The notes: generated from the sequence alone by a model not told the origin. 64,000 nt of DNA from Candidatus Aenigmatarchaeota archaeon (GCA_016198685.1 JACQID010000004.1:273874-337873); one strand, 5' to 3'; positions 18,586 through 28,056 are shown, numbered from the stretch's first letter. Numbers and translations: made by a program.

Positions 18586-19011
18586 TCACCGTTTTTGCTG
18601 CAGGTACTTCTTTTGGCTTGGCCTGCTTTGCCTTCCTCTTTCAGCAAGTATCATTTCTACATTAGCCGTCTTCATTATTGCACCGAATCCGGATTTTCTT
18701 CTTCTTCTCCTGAACATCGTGCCCTTGTGCGATGAAGCAAGGACGAACATCTTTGTCGTATCCAGACCTTGAGACACCGCATTCTTTTCGCAGCTTAAGA
18801 GCAAATCCAGCATTTCCTTTACGGTCTTGCTGTAGTATTTGCCTTTCATGCTTCGCTTGCCTGAATACAGGTCCTCAAGCATTTTCTTGACAACGCTCAA
18901 TTTCTTTCTCCTTATCATATTGCAAAGTATAGCTCCCTTCTTAGGGCTCATCCTGAGGTTGCTGCCATATGCTTTGGCATGCTTCTCTTCTGGTGCAAAT
19001 GTATAGGGCAT
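18586..19011 (-). CDS. rpl22: 50S ribosomal protein uL22
   Basis: AKAYGSNLRMSPK, LLLSCEKNA..GLD; position in S10 operon. Confidence 0.92.
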   Translation of the reverse strand: MPYTFAPEEKHAKAYGSNLRMSPKKGAILCNMIRRKKLSVVKKMLEDLYSGKRSMKGKYYSKTVKEMLDLLLSCEKNAVSQGLDTTKMFVLASSHKGTMFRRRRRKSGFGAIMKTANVEMILAERGRQSRPSQKKYLQQKR

Positions 19012-19017
19012 TTTTTA

Positions 19018-19401
19018 TCACTTCAATGATACTGCCTTGCTGGATCTCGTGGCTCCGATACCAGGCGAGGAGTGTTTCACGCGTCCGCGCGTAAGCGCGA
19101 ATTCACCGAGTCGGCGTCCAAGCATTTCGGTCTTGATGTCTATCGCTACAAATTCCTTCCCATTGTGAACTGCTATCTTGACACCTACCATCTCCGGCAT
19201 TATGACCATGTCTCTGCATTGCGTTCTCACGAGCTTGCCGTCGTTCTTTCTTATGTCCTCGATCAGCTTCTTCTCGTGCTTCGTGTATCCTCGAAGGAGC
19301 GCTCTTCTGGCGCGCGAGTCTACAACCTTGCTGAACTCCTCCATATTCATGGCCTGAAGTTCTTCCGTGGTTCTTCCCTTGAACAAAAATTTCTTTGCCA
19401 T
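19018..19401 (-). CDS. rps19: 30S ribosomal protein uS19
   Basis: RTQCRDMVIMPEMVG, VHNGKEF, LGEFALTR. Confidence 0.98.
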   Translation of the reverse strand: MAKKFLFKGRTTEELQAMNMEEFSKVVDSRARRALLRGYTKHEKKLIEDIRKNDGKLVRTQCRDMVIMPEMVGVKIAVHNGKEFVAIDIKTEMLGRRLGEFALTRGRVKHSSPGIGATRSSKAVSLK

Positions 19402-19405
19402 AGTA

Positions 19406-20095
19406 TCACTTCTTTCCTGTTCTTCTTGGCGCGAGGCTTCCTACCTTTCTTCCAGGCGGTCTGTTTCTCCCGACTGTCTTGTGCTTACCGAGGTTCTTGC
19501 CTCCGAACGGATGCTGCACTGCGTTCTTGTGAGTGGCCGATGTCTTGCCTGCGAACTTGCCGAGCGCCTTCATGGCATGGAATCTCGTTCCTGCCTTCAT
19601 GAAAGGCTTATCCTTCCTGCCGGCACCGGCAGTCATTCCTACAGTAGCCCTGCAATCTGCAGGGATTTCTTTCTTTTTCTTTGAAGGCATCAGCACGACA
19701 ACTTTCTTCTCTTCTCTTGCAACTACAACTGCAAATGTGCCGGAGCTTCTACAGAGTCTTCCTCCGTCGCCCGGTCTCAATTCGATATTATAAATCTTGG
19801 TTCCTTCAGGAATGTCCTTCACTGTGACTATGTTGCCTTCCTGCACGGAAGACATGGATATTGTTTGTCCGACTGCTATGCCCTGGTTAGGCAAATGCAA
19901 TACTCTTTCGCCGTTGTAATCAACCTCTGCCAATGGCAATGTCTTGCCCGGCGCATCTATTATCTTTGTAACTATGCCCAACGTAGCTCCTTTCGGTATC
20001 TTGTCATACGTAGCAAGACCTGGGAATCTATGAGAAGGCGATCTATATCTAGGATTGCCTTTTCCTCTTCTTTGCTGTATCAAATTCTTTCCCAT
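19406..20095 (-). CDS. rpl2: 50S ribosomal protein uL2
   Basis: MGKNLIQQRRGKG, RSSGTFA, AVQHPFGG. Confidence 0.98.
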   Translation of the reverse strand: MGKNLIQQRRGKGNPRYRSPSHRFPGLATYDKIPKGATLGIVTKIIDAPGKTLPLAEVDYNGERVLHLPNQGIAVGQTISMSSVQEGNIVTVKDIPEGTKIYNIELRPGDGGRLCRSSGTFAVVVAREEKKVVVLMPSKKKKEIPADCRATVGMTAGAGRKDKPFMKAGTRFHAMKALGKFAGKTSATHKNAVQHPFGGKNLGKHKTVGRNRPPGRKVGSLAPRRTGKK

Positions 20096-20105
20096 TTTTT
20101 CACCA

Positions 20106-20453
20106 TCATATTATTCCAAGCTTGATTGCAATATCGCCTGCTGCGCCTGCGTTCTTGAATTTCACATAGGCACGCTTCCTTCTCTTCTGGTCTATTGATG
20201 TTCTGATTGATGTCACCGGTGCCGCGAACATGCTTTCAACTGATTTCTTTATGCCGTCCTTTTCAGCTTTCATGTCAACTACAAAAACGATCTTGTTGTC
20301 CCTCTCTATGGACTGAACCGCTTTTTCTGTCATGAGCACGAACTTGACTGTTTTGTAAGGATCAACCTTGAGTGCTACAACTGCCTCAGCTGGCGTTGCC
20401 TGAACAACAGGCTCCTTTTTTATAGCAGCCTTCATTTTCTTTTCTTCAGCCAT
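20106..20453 (-). CDS. rpl23: 50S ribosomal protein uL23 (N-terminal extension)
   Basis: MTEKAVQSIERDNKIVFVV, KRAYVKF, DIAIKLGII. Confidence 0.95.
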   Translation of the reverse strand: MAEEKKMKAAIKKEPVVQATPAEAVVALKVDPYKTVKFVLMTEKAVQSIERDNKIVFVVDMKAEKDGIKKSVESMFAAPVTSIRTSIDQKRRKRAYVKFKNAGAAGDIAIKLGII

Positions 20454-20455
20454 AA

Positions 20456-21247
20456 TTATGCAAACCTCTTTTCAAGCTCCTTGAGAGCTGACACAGTGTA
20501 AACTGCGAGTCTTCCGGCATGCGTGCCCGGTGCAAGGAATTCTGCATTCACATTGGATGCAGTAACTACATTCACGCCGGGGATTGCGGAACAGGCTTTC
20601 ATGGCATCACATTTTGCAGATACCACAAGCAGAGGGCCTATCTTTTGTCTGTATTTTCTTCCTCTTGTTTTTCCCTTGCCTGCCCTGATTTTCTTTTGTC
20701 CGGACCTTGCCATCTCTTTGGAACCCAGGACTTTTTCAAGGGCGACTGCCATTTCTTTGGCCTTGGCAATTTTCTCGAAATCATTCGTGACTATTACCGG
20801 AAGCTGGTTCTCGTAAAGATGTCCTCTTGCCTTGACTATTTCTGCATTGGCTGTAGCTGCTATCAAAGACCTGACTGCAGCTCTTGCCTCCTTCTTGTTA
20901 ATCTTCTGCGTCCAGACTTTTTCTGCAACAGGAGGATGAGCCTTTCTTCCCTTGACTGCCTGCGGAACGAATCTTGCAGTAAATGCAAGGTATCCTATCC
21001 TTCCGTGTATTCTCGCAATTCTTGCCATCTCCTTGTTCATCATTGTATACCTATAATGCCTGCTTCCGTGGTAGTGAGCAGAAGTCTTTTTTCCTGCCAA
21101 CGGGTCTCTTCCATAAGCCTGTCTTTTGTTCGCCTGCATAGCCAGGACTGCCTTCTTTATGAGTGAAGGCTTGTATTCTGTCTTGAATACTGCAGGCAAT
21201 TCTACAGTTCCCGCTTCTTTCCCATGAACGTCATATATCTTTGCCAT
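20456..21247 (-). CDS. rpl4: 50S ribosomal protein uL4
   Basis: VPQAVKGRKAHPP, RAGKGKTRGRKY, LAPGTHAGRL. Confidence 0.97.
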   Translation of the reverse strand: MAKIYDVHGKEAGTVELPAVFKTEYKPSLIKKAVLAMQANKRQAYGRDPLAGKKTSAHYHGSRHYRYTMMNKEMARIARIHGRIGYLAFTARFVPQAVKGRKAHPPVAEKVWTQKINKKEARAAVRSLIAATANAEIVKARGHLYENQLPVIVTNDFEKIAKAKEMAVALEKVLGSKEMARSGQKKIRAGKGKTRGRKYRQKIGPLLVVSAKCDAMKACSAIPGVNVVTASNVNAEFLAPGTHAGRLAVYTVSALKELEKRFA

Positions 21248-21249
21248 AA

Positions 21250-22185
21250 TTATACACCTTGTTTGCTGTGAAGTGAAACAAATGAAAGTTCCACTGGATT
21301 AGCTTTGCCCTTTGTTTTTCTAAGCATCACGAGTCTCTTCTTCGTTCCGGGTACAGATCCTTCAATGAGCATATAATCGCCCTTGACCATTCCGTAGCCG
21401 AGCATTCCGCCCTTGGCGTTTATTTTCGCTGCATCGTTACCTATGAATAGTACTCTCTTGTTCTTGTCTGTCCTGTTAAAGAATCCATACTGACCTGCCT
21501 GAGGGACTCTCCAATCCACCTTCCCTGGCGTTGTCGGGCCAAGAGAACCTACGTGCCTGTGCATCTGCTTGTCTTTTCTGAACTGTATCCTTATGCCGTA
21601 TCTCTTTACAGGACCCGTATAACCGTAACCCTTCGTGACGGCTGTCACGCTTATGCTTTCTCCCGAAACAAATATGTCCTTCGCAGATATTTCCTTGCCG
21701 AGCAAGGATTTGGCGTATTCGACCTTGTCCTGGACTTTTCCGCCTATTCCTATCTCGAAAACTTCCGGCATGCTTTTCTTCATGCCGCTCTTTTCCGGCT
21801 GTGTTGCAACTATGATCCTGACATCGTCTGCTTTTTCTACGAAAGAGCCTAACTGCTTGCCTGCTTTGTCTTGAACACTCTTGGGAAGATTGTCCATCCA
21901 TTTTTCAGAGATGGTTCGGGCACCGGCGTAAAATCTTACGCCGCAAACAAGAAGAGAAGGAATTTCGATTATGGTAGCGGCTTTTGTGATAACTTTTCCG
22001 TATGTCGGGGACTTGGAATTAGAATCGGTGTATTTAACGTGCGTCATCCCGGCCTTCCAGCCTGCGAACATCAAAGGCTTTGTTTCATCGATTTCTGAAT
22101 AGAACGAAATTCTTGGGTATATACGTGCAGCTCTTACTCTCTTGTACTGCAATGATCCTCGTCTTGGTCTTCCTTTATGGGGCAT
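21250..22185 (-). CDS. rpl3: 50S ribosomal protein uL3
   Basis: PRRGSL, GWKAGMTH, TKGYGYTGPVKRYG, PQAGQYG. Confidence 0.98.
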   Translation of the reverse strand: MPHKGRPRRGSLQYKRVRAARIYPRISFYSEIDETKPLMFAGWKAGMTHVKYTDSNSKSPTYGKVITKAATIIEIPSLLVCGVRFYAGARTISEKWMDNLPKSVQDKAGKQLGSFVEKADDVRIIVATQPEKSGMKKSMPEVFEIGIGGKVQDKVEYAKSLLGKEISAKDIFVSGESISVTAVTKGYGYTGPVKRYGIRIQFRKDKQMHRHVGSLGPTTPGKVDWRVPQAGQYGFFNRTDKNKRVLFIGNDAAKINAKGGMLGYGMVKGDYMLIEGSVPGTKKRLVMLRKTKGKANPVELSFVSLHSKQGV

Positions 22186-22461
22186 ATTCTCTCCTCTTTA
22201 TTATAAGCTTACTTATTTAACTCTTTCCCGGACATTCACCAACGTAGAACAAGACTGCAACGGTACAATCCTTCCGGGTACGTGAGAGAGGATATTAATT
22301 AAAATGAAAGATATTTAAGCGCGAATTACGGCCATTTATTCAAATAGTCCTTACGAATGACCAAATATGCAGATTCAGGATATAATATTGATTACATGTG
22401 ATGCCAGTTGGAGAAAGAACTCGCTTGATATTATCGAATTTATTATGATGCAATTTATTTC

Positions 22462-22902
22462 TCAATTTTTATTTCTTGTCATTATCACGTGTCGGGCTGT
22501 GCCGTATGCGGCATAGGCACCAAGTGCCATGAATACGAAATCAAGAATGCCGGCGATCCCTGAATCTGTAATATAGATGAACATGAACTCAGGGAACATG
22601 ATCATATAATCCAATGAAAATCCTCCTGAGATGTCAACGAAAGTCTTTATGAACAGAAGCATGTAGCCTGTAAGGACGCTTACTATACCGAAAATCACAG
22701 AAGTCACCATGAGCGATTTTTCTTCGCTCTTTAGGTGTTTGAGCGGCCACATATATCCTATTACTATGCCCGGTATTATTCCGGCAACAAGCGCCGTTAT
22801 ACCAAAAATTCTGTCAAAAAGCATTATAGGCAGAAAGAATATCATTCCGCCCAGAACGGATGCGAAAAAAGCCACAACAAGAATTTTTAGATCAATATTC
22901 AT
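22462..22902 (-). CDS. Hypothetical multi-pass membrane protein
   Basis: 146 aa with about four hydrophobic segments. Confidence 0.7.
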   Translation of the reverse strand: MNIDLKILVVAFFASVLGGMIFFLPIMLFDRIFGITALVAGIIPGIVIGYMWPLKHLKSEEKSLMVTSVIFGIVSVLTGYMLLFIKTFVDISGGFSLDYMIMFPEFMFIYITDSGIAGILDFVFMALGAYAAYGTARHVIMTRNKN

Positions 22903-22943
22903 TACAGGATATATTCTTCGTGATATTTAAATGCTATGAAAGA

Positions 22944-23046
22944 TGGGCTGGGGCAGATTTGAACTGCCGGCCGCCCGATTATCAGTCGGGTGCTCCAACC
23001 AGACTAAGCTTTGCTGACTGCCGTCAATCGCGGCAATTACCAGCCC
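22944..23046 (-). tRNA. tRNA-Ile(GAT) with 28-nt non-canonical intron at 8/9 (23011-23038)
   Basis: GGGCTGG/CCAGCCC acceptor, CCCGA-CTGATAA-TCGGG anticodon arm, GGCAG-TTCAAAT-CTGCC T arm; 28 extra nt between U8 and the D stem. Confidence 0.9.
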
Positions 23047-23269
23047 TTAATTTCCAACCCATGCATAGCCGTATATACCTAAACCAGCTATACTTTACAT
23101 TCTTAGGTGCGATTACGTTAAAAACCTTGTTGTATGCTCCAATTGCCCAAGTCATAGAGTTGACACAAACATAGCATGTGAAGAAATCAAAAGTGAAATA
23201 ATGACTGCATATTTTCCAAGGTTTTTCTTGGTGTAAACTCCGAACATTTCTTTTCCCAAAAGAAAGGGA

Positions 23270-23431
23270 TGGACTGGTCGGGATTTGAACCCGAAGCCTC
23301 TTGCATTCCGAACCGCGAAACCCATGGTTTCTTCAGTTGTAGGCTGTTCCGGATTCCTGTTGGAATCGATAACTATGCCGCAGCCAGCGTGCGGATGCCA
23401 TGCAAGCGATCTTCCGTTGATCTACCAGCCC
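23270..23431 (-). tRNA. tRNA-Ala(GGC) with 90-nt insertion at 37/38 (23306-23395)
   Basis: GGGCTGG/CCAGTCC acceptor with G3-U70, CTTGC-ATGGCA|insert|T-GCAAG, TTCAAAT T-loop. Confidence 0.88.
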
Positions 23432-23471
23432 GTGTGCAAATATTATGGCGCAATGTTTTAATTATGATATT

Positions 23472-23936
23472 TCAGCACTTGTGCGGACTTTCAATGTCCT
23501 TGGCCATGAAAGCTATGGAGAAACAAAGTAAAACAATGCTCAAAGCCTGCGCTTCAAGCCCGCCAAATGGAAGAATTGCAAATGCCGCCGGAATCCCGAT
23601 GACGGCCAAGAGGAATGGATAGCAAACAGAGCATGCAGACGTTAAAAGCCCCAAAACGCCTCCAATCATAGCCATTCTTTCGCCTTTCTGCGATTTTAAA
23701 ATCATGCCGGCTCTATATTCATAGAGCATAAGGCACAATGCACCAAGCAATGAGAAAACAATCAAAAAAATAACCGATACGATAGAATAAGAATCCGCAA
23801 CTATCATCTTCCCTTGCAAAAATCCGGGAAAGCTTACGAAATTCATGAGAAATAAGGACATTGCAAGAATTATTGCAAATCGCAGAATAAATTTTTCTCT
23901 GTGAGATGCGTCAAATAAACCAATGATATATTTCAT
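23472..23936 (-). CDS. Membrane protein with CxxC (ACSVC), copper/heavy-metal cluster accessory
   Basis: About four TM segments, LLTSACSVCYP motif, last gene of the copA operon. Confidence 0.65.
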   Translation of the reverse strand: MKYIIGLFDASHREKFILRFAIILAMSLFLMNFVSFPGFLQGKMIVADSYSIVSVIFLIVFSLLGALCLMLYEYRAGMILKSQKGERMAMIGGVLGLLTSACSVCYPFLLAVIGIPAAFAILPFGGLEAQALSIVLLCFSIAFMAKDIESPHKC

Positions 23937-23941
23937 GTTTT

Positions 23942-24865
23942 TCACTGCACAACAATGGAACCCGATGCCATGGACATGGTGCATGCAAACCTATACGTTC
24001 CGGCCCTCGTAGGCGTGAATTCCACAATATCAGCCCCGCCTGCCGGAACTGTCTTTCTTATATTAAAATCAGGGAAGACTATTGAGCGCGTGCAGCCTGC
24101 ATTCTTATCCGCTTCAAGCCTGATCCTCAAAGGAATATCTTTTTTCACGACAATATAATTAGGCGTGTATTGCAGCAGCCCCATACGGATAGTGACTTCC
24201 TGTATGTCGCCGGATAGGATCGCAGAAGTCTCAGTCTTCTCTCCGGAACTTGCAAGCGCAAAACTAGCTCCGCTTGGATAGGCATTCACAAATGCTGAAG
24301 ATATTGCAAGAACCGAGATTACAGCGCCTGCATAAAGAAAACCTCTTGATATTTTTGCCGAACTTTTGATGACCTTGGTCATTTCCCAAACAGTAAATGT
24401 AACTATTATCACAAGGAACGGCATGAACAGCCCGACGTTAAAAAACTGCACCATGACGCCCGTCATCCCTCCCATTATGCCCCCCATGGGGCCTGCCATC
24501 ACTCCTTCCATTGCGCTTAATGGTCCGCCGGCCCTTCCTACAGGTATCCCGAAAAGGATGCCGGATACCGCTCCTGCAATCATCGCGATCATGAAATCCG
24601 TCGTTGCAAGCCCTGCCATGGCCCCAATGAAAAATCCCGATGTCATGCCGTATGTCATCCCGCTCATCATGCAGCACATTTCCGACATGCTTTCTTTGCT
24701 GCTAACGGCATAATACGCTCCCCATGCGAGGAGCATCGTTGTGAATACGAAAACCGGGGTATAAGGCGATGGAAACTGAAGAAAAATTACCGGCACGGAT
24801 AATATCCCGCATACCGCCAAGATTTTCAGCAGCAGCTTTTTATTTATTTTTATCGCTTCTTCCAT
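23942..24865 (-). CDS. Met/Gly-rich membrane protein with C-terminal cupredoxin-like domain
   Basis: MCCMMSGMTYGM, MAGPMGGIMGGM; C-term YTPNYIVVKK...GCTRSIVFP...FTPTRAGTYRFACTMSM. Confidence 0.8.
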   Translation of the reverse strand: MEEAIKINKKLLLKILAVCGILSVPVIFLQFPSPYTPVFVFTTMLLAWGAYYAVSSKESMSEMCCMMSGMTYGMTSGFFIGAMAGLATTDFMIAMIAGAVSGILFGIPVGRAGGPLSAMEGVMAGPMGGIMGGMTGVMVQFFNVGLFMPFLVIIVTFTVWEMTKVIKSSAKISRGFLYAGAVISVLAISSAFVNAYPSGASFALASSGEKTETSAILSGDIQEVTIRMGLLQYTPNYIVVKKDIPLRIRLEADKNAGCTRSIVFPDFNIRKTVPAGGADIVEFTPTRAGTYRFACTMSMASGSIVVQ

Positions 24866-24877
24866 GGTGTTCCCCTT

Positions 24878-27112
24878 TCATTCCATTGATCGTAAACTAT
24901 GCTTTTTCATTATAAGAGCATTTCCGACTACCGTGATCGACGATATCGCCATGGCTCCGGCTGCGATCACCGGATCAAGCATGATGCCGTAAGCCGGGTA
25001 CAATGCGCCTGCGGCAACCGGGATCAATGCAACGTTATATGCAAACGCCCAGAACAGATTCTGCCTTATCTTCTTTATTGTATATTTGCTTAATTCTATT
25101 GAACGCGCAACGTCCATTATGTCGCTTTTTATCAGCACTATGCCGCCTGTCTCCAATGCCACATCGGTCCCGGAGCCTATCGCTATTCCTATATCGGCCT
25201 GCGCAAGAGCTGGAGCGTCGTTTATCCCGTCGCCGACCATCGCCACCTTGTGGCCATCGCTCTGCAGCTTCTTTATCCTTGCCGCTTTATCTCCCGGAAG
25301 AACTTCGGCCATGACTTCATCAATGCCAAGCGTTTGCGCTACTGCATGCGCCGTGCGCTCGTTATCGCCGGTCATCATCATAACCCGCTTCCCCATTTTT
25401 TTAAGCGCCGCCACCGCTTTAGCGGAATTTTCTTTCACGGTGTCCGCTACTGCTATAATACCAGCTACTTCCGCGTTTTTGGCAATTACTATGACGGTCT
25501 TTCCCTCCTGTTCAAGCGGCATTATGTCGTTATCGTATTTCGTGATTTTCACCGCATTATCCTTCATGAATCCTGCATTTCCTGCCAAAATCCTGTCTTT
25601 CCCTATGCGTGCCGAAACGCCTTTGCCGGAATGTGCAAAAAATCCGCTTACGGATTTCGGCCTTATACTTCGTTTCCGCGCCTCGTTCATTATGGCCTCT
25701 GCAATCGGATGCTCGGATCCGGCCTCTACCGATGCTGCCAAAGAAATAAGTGTATCATTCCCTCCGACATAAGAAAATATATCCGTAACCTCCGGTTTTC
25801 CCTTGGTCAGCGTCCCGGTCTTATCCATAACGATCACATCTGCTTTATGCGCGGTTTCCAGAGCCTCGCCGCCCTTGATGAGGATTCCGTTCTGCGCGCC
25901 AATGCCCGTGCCTACCATGATCGCAGTCGGAGTTGCCAACCCCAATGCACACGGGCATGCTATTATGAGTACAGACACGAGAGCCGTAAATGCGAACGTG
26001 AATCCCATTGAAGGATACCAGAACGCAAAAGTTGCAAGAGCTATCACGATGACAGCCGGGACAAAATAAGAAGAAACAGAGTCTGCCAGCCTCTGGATAG
26101 GCGCCTTCGACCCCTGCGCTTCCTCGACAAGGCGCACTATCTGAGATAGCATAGTGTCTGTGCCTACGTTTGTCGCCCTGAAACGAAATGAGCCGAACTT
26201 GTTTATCGTGGCTCCTATTACAGTATCACCCTTCTTCTTTCCGGCCGGCATGCTTTCGCCTGTTATCATTGATTCATCAACACTGCTCTCCCCAGAAAGT
26301 ACAACTCCGTCAACGGGTATCTTTTCGCCCGGCTTCACCACGATAACCTCGCCGACTTTGACTTCATCAACGTCAATTATGACCTGCTTTCCTTTTCTGA
26401 TCACAGTTGCTGTCTTAGTTCGCAGGCCCATCAGCTTTTTTATTGCATCCGATGCCCTGCCTTTTGCTATGGCCTCAAAGTATCTCCCAAGAAGAATTAA
26501 TGTTATTATCACCGCGGCGGTGTCAAAATACATGCTGCCTCGCATGCCCAGCAGCACTAAGGAAGCACTATAAAAGTACGCTGCGCTTGTTCCAAGAACT
26601 ATCAAAGTGTTCATGTCAGCGCTTTTGTTGCGAAGCGCCGTCCACGCGCCAACATAAAAATCACGGCCCGTCCAAAACTGAACGATGGTTGCCATCGCCA
26701 AAAGAACGCCGGGATGGGAGAGCAATGAAACAGAGAACCATTCCGGAAAGCTTCCTATAAATATAAGGGCGGATAATGCCGCTCCGACATAGAGATTTTT
26801 TCTGAGAGCAGACAGCTCCTCTTTCTTCATCTCTTTCATATGGTCAGCATGCGTCCCACCTTTATTCTCATGCGACCCATTTTGCACGATAGCTTTGTAT
26901 CCCGCCCTTGTTATCGCATCCGCTACTGCATTCTCGCTTGTTTTCTCCGGGTCAAAATCCACCACCGCATTTTCTGTTGCGTAGTTGACTCGCGCCAAGA
27001 TTACGCCTGGCTCCTTCTTCAGCTTCTTTTCTATCGTGCCTGCACAAGTCGAGCAATGCATGCCGAAAATTCCGATGACGGAAGTTTTATTTCGCTGCGT
27101 ATTGTTTTTCAT
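24878..27112 (-). CDS. copA: Cu(I)-exporting P1B-type ATPase
   Basis: HMA GMHCSTC, TGES, CPCALGL, DKTGT, EHP, GDGIND, YN and MAISS motifs. Confidence 0.96.
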   Translation of the reverse strand: MKNNTQRNKTSVIGIFGMHCSTCAGTIEKKLKKEPGVILARVNYATENAVVDFDPEKTSENAVADAITRAGYKAIVQNGSHENKGGTHADHMKEMKKEELSALRKNLYVGAALSALIFIGSFPEWFSVSLLSHPGVLLAMATIVQFWTGRDFYVGAWTALRNKSADMNTLIVLGTSAAYFYSASLVLLGMRGSMYFDTAAVIITLILLGRYFEAIAKGRASDAIKKLMGLRTKTATVIRKGKQVIIDVDEVKVGEVIVVKPGEKIPVDGVVLSGESSVDESMITGESMPAGKKKGDTVIGATINKFGSFRFRATNVGTDTMLSQIVRLVEEAQGSKAPIQRLADSVSSYFVPAVIVIALATFAFWYPSMGFTFAFTALVSVLIIACPCALGLATPTAIMVGTGIGAQNGILIKGGEALETAHKADVIVMDKTGTLTKGKPEVTDIFSYVGGNDTLISLAASVEAGSEHPIAEAIMNEARKRSIRPKSVSGFFAHSGKGVSARIGKDRILAGNAGFMKDNAVKITKYDNDIMPLEQEGKTVIVIAKNAEVAGIIAVADTVKENSAKAVAALKKMGKRVMMMTGDNERTAHAVAQTLGIDEVMAEVLPGDKAARIKKLQSDGHKVAMVGDGINDAPALAQADIGIAIGSGTDVALETGGIVLIKSDIMDVARSIELSKYTIKKIRQNLFWAFAYNVALIPVAAGALYPAYGIMLDPVIAAGAMAISSITVVGNALIMKKHSLRSME

Positions 27113-27178
27113 TCCTTCACCAGCCCATGATGCAATTCCTCCCTTGCCATATACGACATCTTATAATTATATCCAACT

Positions 27179-27190
27179 TAGATATATCTA
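27179..27190. promoter_or_regulatory. Perfect palindrome in copA/padR divergent promoter, candidate operator
   Basis: TAGATATATCTA is self-complementary; the region is AT-rich, so chance cannot be excluded. Confidence 0.35.
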
Positions 27191-27229
27191 TATTAACAAT
27201 TATTTAAACCATTTACGGCTATTAATGAC

Positions 27230-27640
27230 ATGGAAAAGCGCTCAAGCATGATAAAATACTTCATATTGCAGCATCTAAGCGCAAAACAAATGACAGGATA
27301 TGAAGTGATTGCAGAAATACGAAACATTACGGGAAAACTCCCCAGCACAAGCCAAGTATATCCTGTCTTAAATACCATGAAAAAGTCTGGATACCTCACG
27401 GCAACGGATAAATTTCACGGAAAACGAAAAATAAAGATTTACAAGCTCACTTCTTCCGGAAAGACTCTTTTTTCCGTGATAGAACGCCAGTTTGAATCCA
27501 TGATAAGAGCCATGCTAAGCAATAAAATACGGGTATGCGCCCACTGCAATTGCGAGATACTGAAAGGGCATTACAGCAAAATTACGCACGGCAAGAAACT
27601 CGATTTCTGCTGTACTGCATGCGCCGGATCATTCAAGTAA
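27230..27640 (+). CDS. PadR-family regulator with C-terminal TRASH-like metal-binding domain
   Basis: MTGYEV..EI, SQVYPVL, KIYKLTSSG PadR motifs; CAHC...FCCTAC. Confidence 0.85.
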   Translation: MEKRSSMIKYFILQHLSAKQMTGYEVIAEIRNITGKLPSTSQVYPVLNTMKKSGYLTATDKFHGKRKIKIYKLTSSGKTLFSVIERQFESMIRAMLSNKIRVCAHCNCEILKGHYSKITHGKKLDFCCTACAGSFK

Positions 27641-27661
27641 TCCCAGTGCCATTCCGAAGAC

Positions 27662-27848
27662 TCAAACAGAAGATACCGCTTTGCCTATTATTATCCTGGC
27701 CTCATCAATCATGCCGTGAAAGAACGTAGCTCCGTTTGCAGCGCCAATCTGAATGCTGCTGGAAGAATACTGATGTGAAGCCGATGATGGATATTGTGAC
27801 TAAAAGCAATAAAATAATAATAGCTATAACAGGCGATATGCCTTTCAT
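27662..27848 (-). pseudogene. Collapsed pilin-LamG gene remnant
   Basis: MKGISPVIAIIILLLLVTISIIGF class III signal joined out of frame to IQIGAANGATFFHGMIDEARI (LamG C-terminus). Confidence 0.7.
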
Positions 27849-27944
27849 GAAGCTTATTTAGATATTCTATATATAAATGTTTAAACAATCCGACATAATC
27901 ATTCAATTCTGTGATTTGCAACATAGCTTTTCTTTTGTAAAAAA

Positions 27945-28056
27945 TGGACTGGTCGGGATTTGAACCCGAAGCCTCTACCTCTCATCGAAGTTTTTGGTCA
28001 GGCTTTTGCCAAAAAACTTGTGCGAAGGTAGCGATCTTCCGTTGATCTACCAGCCC
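27945..28056 (-). tRNA. tRNA-Ala(CGC) with 40-nt 37/38 intron (27981-28020)
   Basis: Same body as tRNA-Ala(GGC); CTACC-TTCGCA|intron|A-GGTAG; intron stem AAGTTTTT/AAAAACTT. Confidence 0.92.

Noticed and set aside
23047-23269. Open minus-strand frame between tRNA-Ala and tRNA-Ile
   Set aside because: No credible start/RBS or motif; runs into the tRNA
23306-23395. Tested the 90-nt intron as a C/D box guide RNA
   Set aside because: One CTGA (D-like) box but no recognisable C box
22860-23622. ORFs 22860-23174 and 23269-23622
   Set aside because: Antisense read-through of tRNA-Ile and tRNA-Ala genes
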